Shown here: one piece after another, positions 1-8,026 of the stretch
Layout: every line of letters starts with the position of its first letter
Position numbering within the stretch: position 1 is the first letter of the stretch
Assembly (NCBI GenBank): GCA_963708135.1
Contig: OY970192.1
Location: forward strand, 3,680,001 to 3,744,000
Source: an uncultured Gemmatimonadales bacterium
Lineage (GTDB): Bacteria > Gemmatimonadota > Gemmatimonadetes > Longimicrobiales > RSA9
Reading direction: 5' to 3'
Length of the DNA: 64,000 bases
Program-made: the position numbers and the translations under genes
The notes under the pieces: generated by a model
The model's database searches: none
What the model was told of the DNA's origin: nothing
The model's input: the letters and a program-made list of their open reading frames with translations, nothing else

Positions 1-513
1 CGAGCGCGCCTCCCGCCGGTAGTCCACGAAGTCCGGCCACGACGCCGGCTCGCGGGTCGTGCCGCTGTTGCGGTCCGTCTCCCACGCGACCACCAGCCGG
101 CCGGCATCCGCCAGCGGCATCGGGCGCAGCAGCACTCCATCCACCACGCTGAAGATCGCCGTGTTCGCACCGATGCCGAGCGCCAGCGTGAGCACGATCA
201 CGAGCGTGAGGCCCGGCGCGCGCCCGAGGCCCCGCAGCCCGTAGCGCAGGTCCTGAACGACCCCGCTCAGCCAGTCCGCCCGCCGCTCCCTCCGCAGCAC
301 CGCCTCGTCGATCGAGCGGCACTCGGCCCGCGCGCCCGCCAGGTCGCCGAACTCCTCCCGCGCGCGCGCCCGCGCGACCTCGCGCGAGAGGCCCCCGGCC
401 ACCAGCTCGTCCTCCCGCGCGGCCAGGTGGAACTCCAGCTCATCCTCCACGTCGGCCCGCACATCCGGACCCCAAAGCCGGCGGTAGCGCCGCCAGATCG
501 GCTCCTCGCCCAT
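1..513 (-). CDS. ADOP-type (MacB/FtsX-like) ABC transporter permease, N-terminal part; runs off window
   Basis: Manual translation from ATG 513: [41 protein letters not shown]...[45 protein letters not shown], the typical permease prefix and first TM motif; directly downstream of padR. Confidence 0.9.
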   Translation of the reverse strand, partial: MGEEPIWRRYRRLWGPDVRADVEDELEFHLAAREDELVAGGLSREVARARAREEFGDLAGARAECRSIDEAVLRRERRADWLSGVVQDLRYGLRGLGRAPGLTLVIVLTLALGIGANTAIFSVVDGVLLRPMPLADAGRLVVAWETDRNSGTTREPASWPDFVDYRREARS

Positions 514-520
514 GCCCTCC

Positions 521-856
521 TCAGGCCGCCTGCTCGGTGGCGTTCAGGACCCGCCCGATCAGCTCGACGTAGCGCGCCCACCCCTCCGTCTCCGCCACCA
601 GCGCCTTCCGACCCGCCGCCGTCAGCCGGTAGTAGCGCGCCCGCCGGTTGTTCTCGCTCAGCCCCCATTCCGCCGACACCAGCCCCCGCGCTGCCAGCCG
701 GTGCAGCGCCGGATAGAGCGCCGCGTCCTCCACCCGCAGCGCGTCGTCCGTCGCCCGCCGCAGCCACCCCAGCACCGCGTACCCGTGCATCGGCCCCCAC
801 GTCAGCGCCTTCAGGACGAGCATGTCGAGGGTGCCCTGGACCAGGTCGAGCTTCAT
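521..856 (-). CDS. PadR family transcriptional regulator (ADOP-associated type)
   Basis: [26 protein letters not shown]...LYPALHRL...[26 protein letters not shown] upstream. Confidence 0.93.
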   Translation of the reverse strand: MKLDLVQGTLDMLVLKALTWGPMHGYAVLGWLRRATDDALRVEDAALYPALHRLAARGLVSAEWGLSENNRRARYYRLTAAGRKALVAETEGWARYVELIGRVLNATEQAA

Positions 857-865
857 GGGTTGCTC

Positions 866-915
866 CACTAAAGGATTTAGTGAAGAGGATGCGATGGAAG
901 GGAGGGCGATGTCAA
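866..915 (-). promoter_or_regulatory. Putative padR promoter (TTGACA-N18-CATCCT) with palindromic operator CACTAAA-GGA-TTTAGTG
   Basis: TTGACA on minus strand at 915-910; perfect 7-3-7 AT-rich palindrome at 866-882 between the -10 and RBS. Confidence 0.65.
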
Positions 916-1016
916 GGGGAACGGGCGGGGGCGGGAGCCGGGGGTCGGGCACTGAACCGGCGGGCGGGCAGAGGGGCACGGCCACGAGTGCGGGCGCCGT
1001 ACCGAGGGGCATGGCA

Positions 1017-2195
1017 TCAGCGCAGGAGGTCGAGCATCCGCTTCTGGATGTCGCGCAGGGCGGTGTCGTTGCCGGTGTTGATGACGGCCATGATGGCGTC
1101 CTTTCGGGCGGGGTCCAGCCAGTAGAAGGCGCGGAACCCGGCCTGGCTGCCGGTGTGGCCGATGAGGGTCTGGCCGTGCCGGTGGACGACCATGTAGCCG
1201 AGGGCCATGGAGGCGTCGTCGCCTCCCTCGTCGTCGGTCATGCGGACGACGGGGGTCCACATCTCCCGGAGGGTCGAGCGGGGGGCGACGAGCGCGTAGC
1301 GGTGGGCGAGCGCGGAGTCGCCGTGCGTGAAATCGAGGAGGAAGAGGGTGTAGCGGGCGAGATCCGAGAGGGGTGCGTTCCATCCGCCGTTGGGGATGGT
1401 GATGCCGGGATCGAAGTCGCGCCCGTTCTCGACCACGGAATCGCGGCGGGTCGTGGTGTCGCGGACGATGTCGTAGTTGTTGGATCGGTCCGGCTCGAGG
1501 TAGTACGGGGTGACGCCGAAGTAGCTGCTGTCGAGGTGGAGCGGCGCGAGGATGTTCTTGTGGACGTAGGTCTCCCAGGGGTCGCCGGTGAGCGCCTCGA
1601 TGATGCGGGCCAGATAGATGTAGCCGGGGTTGGAGTAGCCGAAGCGGGACCCGGGCCTGAAGTGCAGCTCCTGGTACGGCATCATGGCGACGAGCTGATT
1701 CCAGGTGGTGGGCTCGAAGGGCTCCCACGGCTTGCCGGCCTTGTAGGGCCAGGTCGGGTCCTGAAACCCGGCGGAGTGGGACAGCAGCATGCGGACGGTG
1801 ATGCTGTCGATCATTCCGTACGGGTCGTGGACGCGGCGCAGCTCCGGGACCCAGTGGGTGACCCTGTCATCGAGCGAGAGCCTGCCGCGGTCGCGCAGCT
1901 GCAGGATCGAGAGGGCGGTGAGGCTCTTGGTGATGGAGCCGTAATGGAAGATGGTGCTGGCGTCCACCGGCTGGCCGCGCCCGCGATCGGCGAGGCCGTG
2001 CTCGTGGCGCGCGACGATGCGACCGCCGCGGATGAGGAGCGCGCTCCCGCCGACCACGCGCCCGCTGTCCAGCCGGGCATCGAAGTAGCGCGTGAAGGCG
2101 GACCACTCCGGCGGCGGCGCGCCGGCGGGGCTCTTCTGGGCCTGCAGGGACGCACCGGCGAGGACCAGCGCGAGGGCGAGGCAGAGCGATCGCAT
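1017..2195 (-). CDS. Secreted serine hydrolase, beta-lactamase/PBP-like family
   Basis: Signal peptide MRSLCLALALVLAGASLQA; GSITK (SxxK), YSN and HTG motifs. Confidence 0.9.
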   Translation of the reverse strand: MRSLCLALALVLAGASLQAQKSPAGAPPPEWSAFTRYFDARLDSGRVVGGSALLIRGGRIVARHEHGLADRGRGQPVDASTIFHYGSITKSLTALSILQLRDRGRLSLDDRVTHWVPELRRVHDPYGMIDSITVRMLLSHSAGFQDPTWPYKAGKPWEPFEPTTWNQLVAMMPYQELHFRPGSRFGYSNPGYIYLARIIEALTGDPWETYVHKNILAPLHLDSSYFGVTPYYLEPDRSNNYDIVRDTTTRRDSVVENGRDFDPGITIPNGGWNAPLSDLARYTLFLLDFTHGDSALAHRYALVAPRSTLREMWTPVVRMTDDEGGDDASMALGYMVVHRHGQTLIGHTGSQAGFRAFYWLDPARKDAIMAVINTGNDTALRDIQKRMLDLLR

Positions 2196-2274
2196 CGGGT
2201 TGGCTCCGGGGGTGTGGGTGAAGCGGGCAAGATGGCCCGGGGCTACCGGGCCGGCAACAGGCGGAGGGCAGGGG

Positions 2275-2520
2275 GTGCACAACCCGCCGCTGGAGGCCCG
2301 GCGGCGTGCGGAGGCGGATCTGGTCGGTGGGCGCGCGGGGGCGACGGTGCACAACCCGCCGCTGGAGGCCCGGCGGCGTGCGGCCGGCGAGTCTTGCTGT
2401 TCAGGGCGGCACAACCCGCCACGCGCTGCTCCGCGGGGGATCGAGCGGCGGATCGTGACCGTAATGCGTGCGCAAGTCGCCTCTCGTTTCCCCGCTCGCC
2501 ACGACTGGCGAATTCTGCAC
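2275..2520. repeat. Intergenic direct repeats with an imperfect inverted copy
   Basis: GTGCACAACCCGCCGCTGGAGGCCCGGCGGCGTGCGG at 2275 and 2347, partial copy at 2409; inverted GGCGAATTCTGCAC at 2507-2520. Confidence 0.75.
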
Positions 2521-2617
2521 CTCCCGGCGCGGAGGATCGGGGAGCAGGTGCCGAGGGCAGACGAGGCCTCGAGGATAGCTGCGACGTGGACGGGCCCGCT
2601 CACGTGGAGTGGCGGCG

Positions 2618-2768
2618 GATCTTCCCCGCGCGCGGCGCTGTACCCGGCGCCGTCCATGTCTACGGGACCAGGGGCGGGGGATCTTCCCCGCGCGCTGCGC
2701 TGTACCCGGCACCGTCCATGTCTACGGCACCAGCGGCGGGGGATCTTCACCGCGCGCGGCGCTGTACC
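2618..2768. repeat. 62-bp tandem repeat, about 2.4 copies
   Basis: GATCTTCCCCGCGCGCGGCGCTGTACC... units start at 2618, 2680 and 2742. Confidence 0.85.
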
Positions 2769-2863
2769 AACGGCCTGACGTTGGGGCGGCGAGAGGCATC
2801 CCTGTCTCCCGCATGCGGGCCGCCAGCGGGGCGGCGAACGGAACCTCGGGAAAGAGAAGCGAG

Positions 2864-3553
2864 ATGCGGACGAAGTGGCAGATCCTCACGGCTGCGGCGC
2901 TGGTGGCGCCGCTCGCCGCGTGCGCGCCGAAGGCGACGGTGACTCCGCCGGACGGGGTGGATCTGAGCGGGACGTGGGTGCTGAACCGCGAGGCGAGCCG
3001 CCTCGGCGGGGAGGGTGGGAGCCAGGCGGTGCGGGGGGAGCGTGGCGAGCGCCCGGGCGGCGAAGGCGGCGAGGGCGGCGAGGGCGGCGAGGGAGGCGAG
3101 GGAGGTCGGGGCGGCAGGCGCGGCGGCGGCTGGGGGCGGGGCGGGGCTGAAGGCGGGCGGGGCGGGTACGGTCCGGGCGGCGGGATGGAGGGGATCCGCG
3201 AGGCAATGTCGTCGGCGCGGCCGTCGCCGCGGCTGGTGATCGTGCAGCGGGACTCTTCGGTCGAGGTGGACGCGCAGGACGACATCCCGCTCGACCTGGT
3301 GCCGGACGGCAGGACGCGGCCGGCGGCCGAGCGTCATGGGTCCGAGGTGAAGGAGCGGGATGTGAAGGCGCGCTGGAAGGACGGTGCGCTGGTAGTGGAG
3401 GAGTCGATGCCGGGCGGGCTGACGGTGGTGCGCCGCTACGAGCATCCGCGGGGATCGCCACGGCTGATCGTGGAGACGGAGGTGAAGGGGGCGCCGCGCG
3501 CCATGAAGCTCGTGTCCGCCTACGACGCGGCGCGGTCGAAGGCCGGCTCCTGA
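2864..3553 (+). CDS. Hypothetical lipoprotein with Gly/Glu/Arg low-complexity insert
   Basis: Lipobox MRTKWQILTAAALVAPLAAC; DLSGTWVLN; (GGE)n tract. Confidence 0.8.
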   Translation: MRTKWQILTAAALVAPLAACAPKATVTPPDGVDLSGTWVLNREASRLGGEGGSQAVRGERGERPGGEGGEGGEGGEGGEGGRGGRRGGGWGRGGAEGGRGGYGPGGGMEGIREAMSSARPSPRLVIVQRDSSVEVDAQDDIPLDLVPDGRTRPAAERHGSEVKERDVKARWKDGALVVEESMPGGLTVVRRYEHPRGSPRLIVETEVKGAPRAMKLVSAYDAARSKAGS

Positions 3554-3662
3554 GGGCGGCCTTGAGCCGACCGCCCGCCGCCGCGAGATTGGGGGGTGTC
3601 GATATCGTGAACGGACGGGGCCTCGCGACTGGCGTCGCGGTGCCCCCGCGGGGCGGTGAAGC

Positions 3663-4220
3663 ATGACGGCTCGGTCGAAGGACTGGATCATCCGTGCGGC
3701 GGGGCTCGCCGCGCTGCTGGCGGGAGTGGGCTTCGTGCTGCTCCGGCCGCCGCAGCTGCGTCCCGCGGCGTCGGGCGCGGCACGCGCACCGGCGTTCACG
3801 GCGCCGACGCTCCTCGGCGACACCGTCTCGCTGACGCAGTTTCGCGGCCGTGTGGTGGTGCTGAACTTCTGGGCCACGTGGTGCGGCCCGTGCAAGATGG
3901 AGATCCCCGCCCTGCAGCGCCTGTACCGGGAGATGGGGCCGCGCGGCCTCGCCGTGGTCGCGGTCAGCGAGGATGAGGACCCGCCCGGGAAGTCGCCGGT
4001 GAAGGACATCGGCAGCTTCGCGGTCACGCGGGGGATGACCTTCCCGATCCTGCTCGATCCCACCGGCCGCATCCAGGACCTGTACGGCGTGCGCGGGATC
4101 CCCACCACCTTCCTGCTCGACCGGGACGGCCGCGTCATCCGGCAGGTGATCGGCCCGGCCGCCTGGGACAGCCCGCCGTACAGCCAGCAGATCAGTCAGC
4201 TGCTGGCCGGCGGCCGCTGA
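3663..4220 (+). CDS. TlpA/ResA family thiol-disulfide reductase
   Basis: N-terminal TM; VLNFWATWCGPC; GIPTTFLLDRDG. Confidence 0.93.
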   Translation: MTARSKDWIIRAAGLAALLAGVGFVLLRPPQLRPAASGAARAPAFTAPTLLGDTVSLTQFRGRVVVLNFWATWCGPCKMEIPALQRLYREMGPRGLAVVAVSEDEDPPGKSPVKDIGSFAVTRGMTFPILLDPTGRIQDLYGVRGIPTTFLLDRDGRVIRQVIGPAAWDSPPYSQQISQLLAGGR

Positions 4221-4242
4221 TCGCCCCGGCGCGGGGGGGCCC

Positions 4243-5254
4243 TCAACGCTGCCGCCCCGCCTTCGTACGGTACGGCAGGTCCGCCGGTGGATCGCCGTTC
4301 GGCCAGTCGTTCACCTTCGGCGCGAAGTCCGGACGGGGGCGCGAGTCGAACGAAAGCCGCCACGTCCACGGCCTGCTGGTCGCTCAGCGTGCCCGGGTGG
4401 TCGAAGGGCATGTTCGCACGGATGAAGCCGGCCGCCGTGCGCGGCCGCGCCATGCCGGCGCCGATATTGAAGGAGCGCGGTCCCCAGAGCGGCGGCGCGA
4501 GCTCCGTCCCCTGTCCCTCCGGCCCGTGGCAGCGCGCGCACACGGTGGCGAACGTCCGCGCGCCGGCCGCCGTATCCGCCTCGAGCGCCGGAAGCTTCCG
4601 GAGCCCCTGCCCCTCGACCCGCGCGCCGACCGGCACCCCCGTCGAGAGCCACGCAATGTAGGAGACGATGTCCCTCATGGCGGGATCGTCCACCGCCAGC
4701 GCCTTTCCGCTCATGCTCCGCTGGAAGCACCCGTTGATCCGCTCCTCCAGCGTGATCACACGCGCGCCGCGGCTCCTGTACTGGGGAAACTGTCCGTAGA
4801 CGCCCGCCCACGGCGAGGACCACGCCCGCCGGCCCTCGTCCAGGTGGCAGCTCACGCACCGCAGCCCGTTCCCCACGTGGCCCGGCAGGCTGTCGCGCGT
4901 CGCCAGCAGGATCGCCCGGCCCCGCCGGATCGACGCCCCCAGCGGGCCGCCGGGAATCGCCGACAGCGGCGGCGGCCGGAGCGGCACCACCCCGGGCGCC
5001 GCCGCCGGCGCCGGGCTGCCCCCGGCGACCGCCCTCTCCCCACCGTCCGGCGCCGCAGCCGCGGCCGCCGCTCCGGCCGCGGAGTCGGAGGATACCCCGG
5101 TCCCGGCGGGCGCGGCGCGTCCGCACGCGGCGAGCAATGGAACGAGCATCGAGAGGAGGATCCCGCAGGCGGCGGGGCGGGCGCCACACGGGCGGAGGCC
5201 GGAGCCGCAGCGCCGGCCGGCCCGGCGAGGCCCGCTCGGAATGGATCGAGTCAT
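4243..5254 (-). CDS. tsdA: TsdA-like dihaem c-type cytochrome (thiosulfate dehydrogenase/tetrathionate reductase family), lipoprotein, +1 frameshift near 4350
   Basis: CVSCH and CARCH haem sites; RINGCFQRSM (Cys ligand), GAGMAR, ANMPF; plausible tail DSRPRPDFAPKVNDWPNGDPP lies in the next frame, stop at 4243; start uncertain (5254 or 5149). Confidence 0.75.
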
Positions 5255-5403
5255 CGGAAAGTCCCGGGGCTCGGTGGACGGGGGGAAACCGGGCGCCGCC
5301 CCGAGCACTCGTGCCCGCGGCGCGACGTGTCGCCCGGCCGCCGGCACCCAAGATCGATGCGTCGCGTTCGTCGGCGCAACCGTCGCCGCCGGAGGGGCTC
5401 CGC

Positions 5404-5453
5404 GTGCAATCTCCTGCACGGTCATGCAGTCGATTGCGTGCAGCCGGCTGCAC
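5404..5453. promoter_or_regulatory. Three TGCA-N6-TGC(A/G) palindromes, putative enhancer (UAS) sites
   Basis: GTGCAATCTCCTGCAC 5404-5419, ATGCAGTCGATTGCGT 5424-5439, GTGCAGCCGGCTGCAC 5438-5453; about 90-140 bp upstream of the predicted sigma54 start site. Confidence 0.6.
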
Positions 5454-5514
5454 GGTCGCTCTCGCAGGATCGGCGTAATGTGTTGGGGGAGAATGGATTC
5501 CAGGCGACGGCCGG

Positions 5515-5531
5515 CCGGCCCGCGGCTTGCC
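5515..5531 (+). promoter_or_regulatory. Putative sigma54 -24/-12 promoter of the Rieske operon
   Basis: CCGGCCCGCGGCTTGCC: GG 5517-18, 10 nt, GC 5529-30 preceded by TT. Confidence 0.6.
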
Positions 5532-5597
5532 CATGGTTCACGGCGTATTCGCGGCACTACTGGGGCCCGCGATGGGAAATGGGGCCAGGAGAGCAGG

Positions 5598-6080
5598 ATG
5601 GAGAAGGACACGGGCCGGGGTTCGTGCGAGAGATGTGGCGGGGTGACGCGCCGGGAGGCGCTGGCGGCCGCGGCGAAGGCGATGTTCGGGGTAACGGTGG
5701 TGGGCATCGCCCTTCCTGCGCTGGAGGGGTGCGGCGTGGGCAGCCTCACGGGGCTGGGCGGCGGGCCGACGGCGACGCAGTTCGACGTGACCCGGCTGAC
5801 GCAGGATGGTCAGGCGCTGGTGACGTCGGCGAACGGGCCGGACGGCGCGCCGGTGCTGATTGTCCGGGAGGCGGCGGACAGCTTCCTGGCGCTGTCGATG
5901 ATGTGCACGCATGCGGCGTGCATCGTCGGCGCGCCGAGGAGCGGGGTGCTTACGTGTCCCTGCCACGGCTCGCAGTACGACATGAAGGGGCAGGTGCTGC
6001 GCGGGCCGGCGTTCCGGCCGCTGGCGCGGTACTCGGTGACGTACAATGCGGCGACGAACATGGTGACGATCTCGGCGTGA
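5598..6080 (+). CDS. Tat-exported Rieske [2Fe-2S] protein, possibly lipoprotein
   Basis: TRREAL twin-arginine motif, LEGC; CTHAAC...CPCHGS. Confidence 0.88.
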   Translation: MEKDTGRGSCERCGGVTRREALAAAAKAMFGVTVVGIALPALEGCGVGSLTGLGGGPTATQFDVTRLTQDGQALVTSANGPDGAPVLIVREAADSFLALSMMCTHAACIVGAPRSGVLTCPCHGSQYDMKGQVLRGPAFRPLARYSVTYNAATNMVTISA

Positions 6081-6105
6081 GGCGGGCCGTGGAAGGGGGC
6101 TGTCA

Positions 6106-6909
6106 ATGGTAGGGGTGCTCGTGGCGGCGATGGTGCTGGCGGCTCCGGACACGGGCCGGGTGGCGCCGGTTGCGGGGCGGGTGGGGAGCGCGCCGGAGGC
6201 GGTGGTGGCGGCGGAGGCGGTGGACCGTGCGGCGCCGGCCGGGGAAGCGGCGTCGCCGGCGGCGCGAAACCTCGCGGCGCGGCCGGTGCCGCGCTTCGGG
6301 GCGACGGAATCGTGGCCGGCGCTGCTCACGGCGGGCGGGGCGGGCGACGCCGCGGCTGCGACGGCGCTGCCGGATGTGGGTCCGGCGCCGGCGGACACGC
6401 CGGTGACGAAGCGGAAGCGGCCGGTGCTGGTGGACTACTCGGACGCTTACTACACGCGGCTCAAGATCCACAAGATCGCGAGCTACGTGATGCTGCCGCT
6501 GTTCGGGCTCGAGTACTACTCGGGCACGCAGCTGTACAACAAGGGGCTGGCGGCGCCGCGGTGGGTGAGGGACGTGCATCGCCCGGTGGCCACGGCGATG
6601 GCGGGGCTGTTCTTGGTGAACACGGTGACGGGTGTGTGGAACCTATGGGAGGGGCGGAAGGATCCCGAGGCCCGCGGGTGGCGTACTGCACACGGGGTGC
6701 TGATGCTGCTGGCGGATGCGGGGTTCGTGGCGACGGGGCTGACGGCCCCGCACGAGCACCGGGAATCGGGCGTGTTCGGCCCGGGCTCCCCGCTGGAAGG
6801 AGAGGGCAGCCATGGCAACCCGCGGCTGCACAAGGAGATCGCGATTTCGTCAATGGGAGTGGCGATGGTGAGCTGGATCATGATGCTGCCGCCGTTCCGG
6901 AGGGATTGA
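6106..6909 (+). CDS. Membrane protein with four His-bearing TM helices (cytochrome b561-like candidate)
   Basis: Ala/Pro-rich N-terminus, then four hydrophobic segments each led by a His: KIHK, DVHR, TAHG, RLHK. Confidence 0.7.
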   Translation: MVGVLVAAMVLAAPDTGRVAPVAGRVGSAPEAVVAAEAVDRAAPAGEAASPAARNLAARPVPRFGATESWPALLTAGGAGDAAAATALPDVGPAPADTPVTKRKRPVLVDYSDAYYTRLKIHKIASYVMLPLFGLEYYSGTQLYNKGLAAPRWVRDVHRPVATAMAGLFLVNTVTGVWNLWEGRKDPEARGWRTAHGVLMLLADAGFVATGLTAPHEHRESGVFGPGSPLEGEGSHGNPRLHKEIAISSMGVAMVSWIMMLPPFRRD

Positions 6910-6913
6910 AGCA

Positions 6914-7411
6914 ATGCTGTTCTTGAACGCGCTGGCCACGACGCTGCGGCCGTGGTCGGACCTGTACAACGGAAGCGCGCTGGTGTCGGACGGGGTGACG
7001 TTCGCTCACCTGGGCGGGATGCTGGTCGCGGGCGGCTTCGCGGTGGCGGCGGACCGGACGGTACTCCGGTCGGGCCGGGCTCCCGAGGGGGACCGTTCGT
7101 TCGTGCTGCGGGAGCTCCGGGACGTGCACCGGCCGGTCCTCTGGGGGCTCGCTGTGGTGCTGCTCTCCGGCCTCGCGATGATGCTCTCGGACGTGCGGAC
7201 CTTCCTGCCCTCGTGGGTTTTCTGGGCGAAGATGGCCCTGATCGGGCTTCTGCTGCTGAACGGGCTGACGCTGGAGCGGGCGGAGCGGCGGCTGGCGGCG
7301 GACCCGCTGGAGCGGACCGCCTGGCGGCGGCTGCGGCGGGCGTCGCTGCGGAGTGGAGGGCTGTGGATTCTGACGGTGCTGTTCGGGGTGCTGCTGACGT
7401 CGGCCGGCTGA
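6914..7411 (+). CDS. Four-TM membrane protein (DUF2214/DUF6644-like)
   Basis: FAHLGGMLVAGG, SGLAMMLSD, FWAKMALIGLLLLNG; 4 nt after previous stop. Confidence 0.75.
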   Translation: MLFLNALATTLRPWSDLYNGSALVSDGVTFAHLGGMLVAGGFAVAADRTVLRSGRAPEGDRSFVLRELRDVHRPVLWGLAVVLLSGLAMMLSDVRTFLPSWVFWAKMALIGLLLLNGLTLERAERRLAADPLERTAWRRLRRASLRSGGLWILTVLFGVLLTSAG

Positions 7412-7474
7412 GGCGGCGGGGGTGCGGGCGCCGCCCGCGCGCCGCGTGAGAAGAGGACATGGACGAGCCGAGGG

Positions 7475-8026
7475 ATGGAGATGGATATGGCAGGGCAGGA
7501 ACAGGAGCTGGAGGCGTGCGCGTCGTGCGCGCTGGGGACCTCGCGGCGGGAATTCCTGAGGGACGCCGCGGTGGCGGCGGCGGTGCTGCTGGGGCTGGGG
7601 GCGAGGCGGGGGCAGGCGTCGGTGCTGCCGGGTCGGCTGGTGGCCACGGGCCGCTCGGGGGCGGGAACGGTGACGTATCCGCTGCCGGCCGGGGATGGCG
7701 TATCGATCGACCGCGAGCAGGAGATCATCGTGGCGCGGTGGCAGGGGAAGGTCTATGCCTTCTACCTCTCCTGCCCGCACCGCCACACGGCGCTCCACTG
7801 GATCCAGGGCGACAACCGGTTCGAGTGCCCGAAGCACCACTCGAAGTACCGGCCGGACGGGGAATACATCTCGGGGCGGGCGACGCGCAGCATGGACCGC
7901 TACGCCGTCCGGATCTCGGGGTCGCAGGTGATCGTGGACCCGGACCGGGCGTTCCGGCAGGACGAGGACCCGCAGGGCTGGAGCTCGGCCTACGCGGTGG
8001 TGCCTTCCGCGGGCGCATCCGGCTGA
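7475..8026 (+). CDS. Second Tat-exported Rieske [2Fe-2S] protein
   Basis: SRREFL; CPHRHT...CPKHHS; ATRSMDRY. Confidence 0.88.
   Translation: MEMDMAGQEQELEACASCALGTSRREFLRDAAVAAAVLLGLGARRGQASVLPGRLVATGRSGAGTVTYPLPAGDGVSIDREQEIIVARWQGKVYAFYLSCPHRHTALHWIQGDNRFECPKHHSKYRPDGEYISGRATRSMDRYAVRISGSQVIVDPDRAFRQDEDPQGWSSAYAVVPSAGASG

Noticed and set aside
1017..2195. Serine hydrolases (also 19410-21071, 38875-40287) as beta-lactam resistance genes
   Set aside because: SxxK family membership only; such paralogues are commonly peptidases or esterases
2275..2420. 37-bp repeats at 72-bp spacing as a mini-CRISPR
   Set aside because: Only two full copies and a partial third at different spacing, very GC-rich, no AT-rich leader or cas genes; cannot be wholly excluded
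3040..3190. GGE/GGR coding repeat as collagen-like or a special system
   Set aside because: Ordinary Gly-rich low-complexity linker in a lipoprotein
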